Part shown: positions 60,255 through 64,000 of the stretch, in pieces
How positions within the stretch are numbered: the first letter of the stretch is position 1
Layout of the letters: each line of letters opens with the position of its first letter
NCBI GenBank assembly: GCA_030390025.1
Contig: CM059431.1
Location: 150,352,001 to 150,416,000 of the forward strand
DNA length: 64,000 bases
Source of the DNA: Squalus acanthias
Lineage: Eukaryota
Direction of reading: 5' to 3'
Notes under the pieces: generated by a model
Databases searched by the model: none
What the model was told of the DNA's origin: nothing
Seen by the model: the letters and a program-made list of their open reading frames with translations, nothing else
Translations under genes and position numbers: made by a program

Positions 60255-60870
60255 GGGGGTGACGGTCCCTGGGGGAACGAGGGGGTGGACGGTCCCTGGG
60301 GGAACGAGGGGGTGGACGGTCCCTGGGGGAACGAGGGGGTGGACGGTCCCTGGGGGAACGAGGGGGTGGACGGTCCCTGGGGGAACGAGGGGGTGGACGG
60401 TCCCTGGGGGAACGAGGGGGTGGACGGTCCCTGGGGGAACGAGGGGGTGAACGGTCCCTGGGGGAACGAGGGGGTGGACGGTCCCTGGGGGAACGAGGGG
60501 GTGGACGGTCCCTGGGGGAACGAGGGGGTGGACGGTCCCTGGGGGAACGAGGGGGTGGACGGTCCCTGGGGGAACGAGGGGGTGGACGGTCCCTGGGGGA
60601 ACGAGGGGGTGGACGGTCCCTGGGGGAACGAGGGGGTGGACGGTCCCTGGGGGAACGAGGGGGTGGACGGTCCCTGGGGGAACGAGGGGGTGGACGGTCC
60701 CTGGGGGAACGAGGGGGTGGACGGTCCCTGGGGGAACGAGGGGGTGGACGGTCCCTGGGGGAACGAGGGGGTGGACGGCCGGCCCCTGGGGGAACGAGGG
60801 GGTGGGTGGCCGGCCCCTGGGGGAACGAGGGGGTGGGTGGCCGGCCCCTGGGGGAACGAGGGGGTGGCCG
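60255..60870. repeat. 27-bp G-rich minisatellite in the OSBP intron after exon 59996-60204
   Basis: Unit gacggtccctgggggaacgagggggtg, about 19 near-perfect copies plus variants. Confidence 0.96.
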
Positions 60871-61009
60871 GGCAGGTGAGGATCCCCCAGAGGTGTGCGA
60901 GTGAAGATTGGTTCCCCTGGGTCGGGGTGTGTGCGAGTGATGATTGTTTTCCAAGGGGGGGAGGGGGTGCGAGTAAAGTCTATGTCCCGTGGGGATGGGC
61001 GAGGAGAGC

Positions 61010-61445
61010 GACTGAAGATTAGTGTCCCCGGGCGGTATGCGAGTGTAGATTTATTCCCCCGGGCGGTATGCGAGTGTAGATTTATTCCCCCGGGCGGTAT
61101 GCGAGTGGAGATTTATTCCCCCGGGGTGTGTGCGAGTGTAGATTTATTCCCCCGGGGAGTGCGCGAGTGTAGATTTATTCCCCCGGGGAGTGCGCGAGTG
61201 TAGATTTATTCCCCCGGGGAGTGCGCGAGTGTAGATTTATTCCCCCGGGGTGTGCGCGAGTGTAGATTTATTCCCCCGGGGTGTGCGCGAGTGTAGATTT
61301 ATTCCCCCGGGGTGTGCGCGAGTGTAGATTTATTCCCCCGGGGTGTGCGCGAGTGTAGATTTATTCCCCCGGGGTGTGCGCGAGTGAAGATTTATTCCCC
61401 CGGGGTGTGTGCGAGTGTAGATTTATTCCGCCGGGGTATGAGTGA
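61010..61445. repeat. 31-bp minisatellite
   Basis: Unit gagtgtagatttattcccccggggtgtgcgc, about 13 copies. Confidence 0.94.
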
Positions 61446-61604
61446 GTCTCGGTTGGTTCCCCCGAGTGCGAGCGACAGCTGAATGTGGTTCCCCCCCCCA
61501 GCCCCGGGTTGCCATCGCACGCAGTGGTTGGACTCTCCCCCCCCACCCCCCCCCCCCCCCCCCCCCCCCCCAGTTGTTTGACATCCCCCCCCCTCTGTTT
61601 GCAG

Positions 61605-61855
61605 ATGACTCTGCGGATGAGGAGCCAGCCTCGCAGACGGACAAGACGGAGGTGCAGACCACGCTCCGGCTCCTCACCAGCAAGGTGGAAGACCTCTCGA
61701 CGTGCAACGACCTCATCGCCAAGCACGGCACGGCCTTACAGCGCTCGCTCAGCGAGCTGGAGAGCCTCAAGCTGCCTCCCGAGAGCACCGAGAAGATCAA
61801 GCAGGTCAACGAGCGAGCCACGCTCTTCCGCATCACCTCCAACGCCATGATCAAC
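61605..61855 (+). CDS. OSBP: OSBP internal coding exon (probable exon 3), post-PH/coiled-coil region
   Basis: ctctgtttgcAG acceptor and AAC|GTGAG donor; 251 bp. G|AT junction with the previous exon keeps frame. DDSADEEPASQTDKTEVQTTLRLLTSKVEDLSTCNDLIAKHGTALQRSLSELESLKLPPESTEKIKQVNERATLFRITSNAMIN. Confidence 0.96.
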
Positions 61856-61898
61856 GTGAGCCAGCGCGCTGCTCTCCTCCCGCCATTACTGTACCCCG

Positions 61899-62232
61899 AC
61901 TGATAATCCAGCTCCCTCACACTGTCACTCAGTAACACCTCTCCCCCAGCGCCCTGTGTTACAGACTGTATCTCTTCTGATGTTAATCCAGCTCCCTCAC
62001 ACTGTCACTCAGTAACACCTCTCCCCCGCACCTTGTGTTACTGGCTGTATCTCTACTGATAATCCAGTTTCCTCTCACTGTCACTCAGTAACCCCTCTCC
62101 CCCAGCGCCCTGTGTTACTGACTGTATCTCCACTGATAATCCAGCTCCCTCACACTGTCACTCAGTAACCCCTCTCCCCCAGCGCCCTGTGTCACTGACT
62201 GTATCTCTACTGATAATCCAGTTTCCTCACAT
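61899..62232. repeat. About 77-bp tandem repeat (about 4.3 copies) filling the short OSBP intron
   Basis: ctgataatccagctccctcacactgtcactcagtaac recurs at about 61900, 61978, 62056, 62133 and 62210. Confidence 0.9.
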
Positions 62233-62323
62233 CGTGACACGGTGGGGATGGCCTGAGTTTTGGTGACTCCTGTTTAACACTGCCCCTCTCTCTCTATCTT
62301 TCTCTCTGTCTTCCCGGGACTAG

Positions 62324-62522
62324 GCTTGCCGTGATTTCCTGCTGCTGGCCCAGACTCACAGCAAGAAGTGGCAGAAAGCCCTCCAGCACGAGCGGGAGCA
62401 GCGGATCCGGCTGGAGGAGACCCTGGAGCAGCTGGCCAAACAGCACAACAACCTGGAGCGAGCATTCCGGGGAGCCACTGTCCTGCCGGCCTGTAGCGTG
62501 CTGAGCGCTGGCTCTGTCAAAG
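62324..62522 (+). CDS. OSBP: OSBP internal coding exon (probable exon 4), dimerisation/coiled-coil region
   Basis: Pyrimidine tract then TAG acceptor and AAG|GTAAGG donor; 199 bp, phase 0 start. ACRDFLLLAQTHSKKWQKALQHEREQRIRLEETLEQLAKQHNNLERAFRGATVLPACSVLSAGSVK. The AQTHSKKWQK and RIRLEETLEQ motifs fit OSBP (OSBP1) better than OSBP2. Not annotated in the ORF track in this frame. Confidence 0.94.
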
Positions 62523-62745
62523 GTAAGGTGTGGCGTCGAGTCAGCCTCTTTCACCCCCCTCCCCCTCCCCCCATTCCATACCCCTGTTAAATTCGCATTC
62601 AGGAACAGAAAGCTGTTGGGTTGTTACACAAGATTGTGGGATCGGGGCTGATGTATTAGCATGGATTGAGGATTGGTTAACTAACAGAAAACAAAAGTGA
62701 GAAGTCGCGCAACACCAGGTTATAGTCCAACAGTTTTATTTGAAA

Positions 62746-62783
62746 TCACAAGCTTTCGGAGCGGCTGCTCCTTCGTCAGGTGA
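62746..62783 (-). ncRNA. Minimal hammerhead ribozyme motif (opposite arm)
   Basis: Minus strand TCAC-CTGACGA-A-GGAGC-AGCC-GCTCC-GAA-AGCT-T-GTGA; all stems pair. Confidence 0.8.
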
Positions 62784-63124
62784 ACACCCGGATGTCCTAT
62801 CGTATCGGGCAACGGAGCCCTGTGTGAGAACCTCTCTGGATACGTTGAGGGACATCCTGAAACCCATCGTACAGGGAACCCCCAGCTTCTGTCGCGACAC
62901 TACAGACTTCTTGCAGAAACTCAGCACCCATGGACCAGTTGAACCAGGAATAATCCTCGCCACGATGGACGTATCGGCACTCTACACCAGTATCCCCCAC
63001 GATGACGGCATCGCTGCGACAGCCTCAGTACTCAACACCAACAACAGCCAATCTCCAGACGCCATCCTACAACTCATCCGCTTCATCCTTGACCACAATG
63101 TCTTCACCTTCGACAACCAGGACT

Positions 63125-63162
63125 TCACCTGAAGAAGGAGCAGCCGCTCCGAAAGCTTGCGA
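63125..63162 (+). ncRNA. Minimal hammerhead ribozyme motif
   Basis: TCAC-CTGAAGA-A-GGAGC-AGCC-GCTCC-GAA-AGCT-T-GCGA (one stem I mismatch). Confidence 0.72.
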
Positions 63163-63250
63163 TTTCAAATAAAACTGTTGGACTATAACCTGGTGTCTTG
63201 CGACTTCTCACTTTTGTCCACCCCAGTCCAACACCGGCATCTCTACATCA

Positions 63251-64000
63251 TAACAGAAAACAGAGTAGGAATAAACGGGTCATTTTCGGGTTGGCAGGCT
63301 GTAACGAGTGGGGTACTGCAAGGATCAGTGCTTGGGCCTCAGCTATTCACAATCTGCATGGGGGGATCTTGGCTACAAGGACAGGTTGGAGAAGCTGGAT
63401 TTGTTTTCATTAGAGCAAAGGAGGTTGAGGGGTGATTTGATAGAGGTGTACAAGATTATGACTGGTTTGGATAGGCTAGACGGGGAAAGGCTGTTCCCAC
63501 TAGTTGATGGTACAAGGACTAGGGGACACAGATTTAAGGTTTTGGGCAAGGGATACAGGGGGGATGTGAGGGAAAACGTTTTTACGCAGCGAGTGGTGAG
63601 GACCTGGAACTCTCTGATGACGGAGGTGGTGGAAGCGGAGACACTCAATGTTTTCAAGGGGAGACTGGATAGGCACTTGAGGGAAATAAACTTGCAGGGC
63701 TACGGGGACAGAGTGGGGGAATGGGACTGACTGGATTGCTCTACAGAGAGCCGGCACGGACTCGATGGGCCGAATGGTCGTCTCCTCTGCCTCGATGATT
63801 GACATCAATGACTTTGAGAGGACCGGGTGTAATGTATCCAAGTTTGCTGACGATACCATGCTAGGAGGGAACGTAAGCTGTGAGGAGGCTGCAAATGGAT
63901 ACAGACAAGTTAAGTGAGTGGGCAAGAACATGGCAGATGGAATATAATGTGGAGAAATGTGAAATTGTCCACTTTGGTAGGAAGAATAGAAAAGCAGAAT
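63251..64000 (+). mobile_element. CR1 RT fragments with a nested CR1 3' end (about 63357-63795)
   Basis: GVLQGSVLGPQLFTI | INDF..C.VSKFADD resumes after the insert; ORF 63308-63730. Confidence 0.85.

Larger units (their letters stand above)
62691..63250 (+). mobile_element. Internally deleted Penelope-like element: RT fragment between 94-bp inverted arms; 12-bp TSD
   Basis: LKPIVQGTPSFCRDTTDFL...LATMDVSALYTSIPH..G...LIRFILDHNVFTFD is PLE RT. Arms 62691-62784 and 63124-63217. TSD taacagaaaaca at 62682-62693 and 63251-63262, inside a CR1. Confidence 0.92.

Noticed and set aside
60184..61022. Pro-rich and GPWGNEG repeat ORFs next to the OSBP exon
   Set aside because: 27-bp intronic minisatellite beyond a clear GT donor; the flanking exons join in frame without it.
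61571..61604. Alternative upstream acceptor (CAG at 61571-61573)
   Set aside because: Would add 31 nt and shift the frame; no supporting evidence.
59996..62522. Assignment to OSBP2 (ORP4)
   Set aside because: TANITVEDSCNFIISNGGAQTYHLK and AQTHSKKWQK match OSBP as I recall it; a phylogeny would settle this.

Overview
Vertebrate genomic DNA, most likely from a cartilaginous fish (inferred from the repeat repertoire: tRNA-headed Deu-domain SINEs, a V-SINE/HE1-like fragment, abundant CR1/L2 LINEs and Penelope-like elements). The only host-gene sequence I can support is three consecutive + strand coding exons of oxysterol-binding protein (OSBP) at 59996-60204, 61605-61855 and 62324-62522. They encode the C-terminal part of the PH domain and the following coiled-coil region. 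The exon carrying the first half of the PH domain is not visible, so about 60 kb upstream is probably one very large intron. It is filled with nested CR1, L2, RTE, SINE and Penelope fragments, many minisatellites that grew out of TE sub-sequences, and a 6.5-kb CT-rich microsatellite. The most notable items are two Penelope-like insertions with target-site duplications and inverted terminal arms. Each arm carries a minimal hammerhead-ribozyme motif, and one copy per element lies sense to the OSBP pre-mRNA next to its own antisense copy. Also notable: a CR1 family with a duplicated 3' hairpin, repeated minisatellite births at fixed TE sites, one SINE array shifted strongly towards GC, and mosaic indel sharing among nearby CR1 copies. 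TE boundaries were read by eye and are approximate unless a TSD is given. All long low-complexity ORFs are repeat artefacts.
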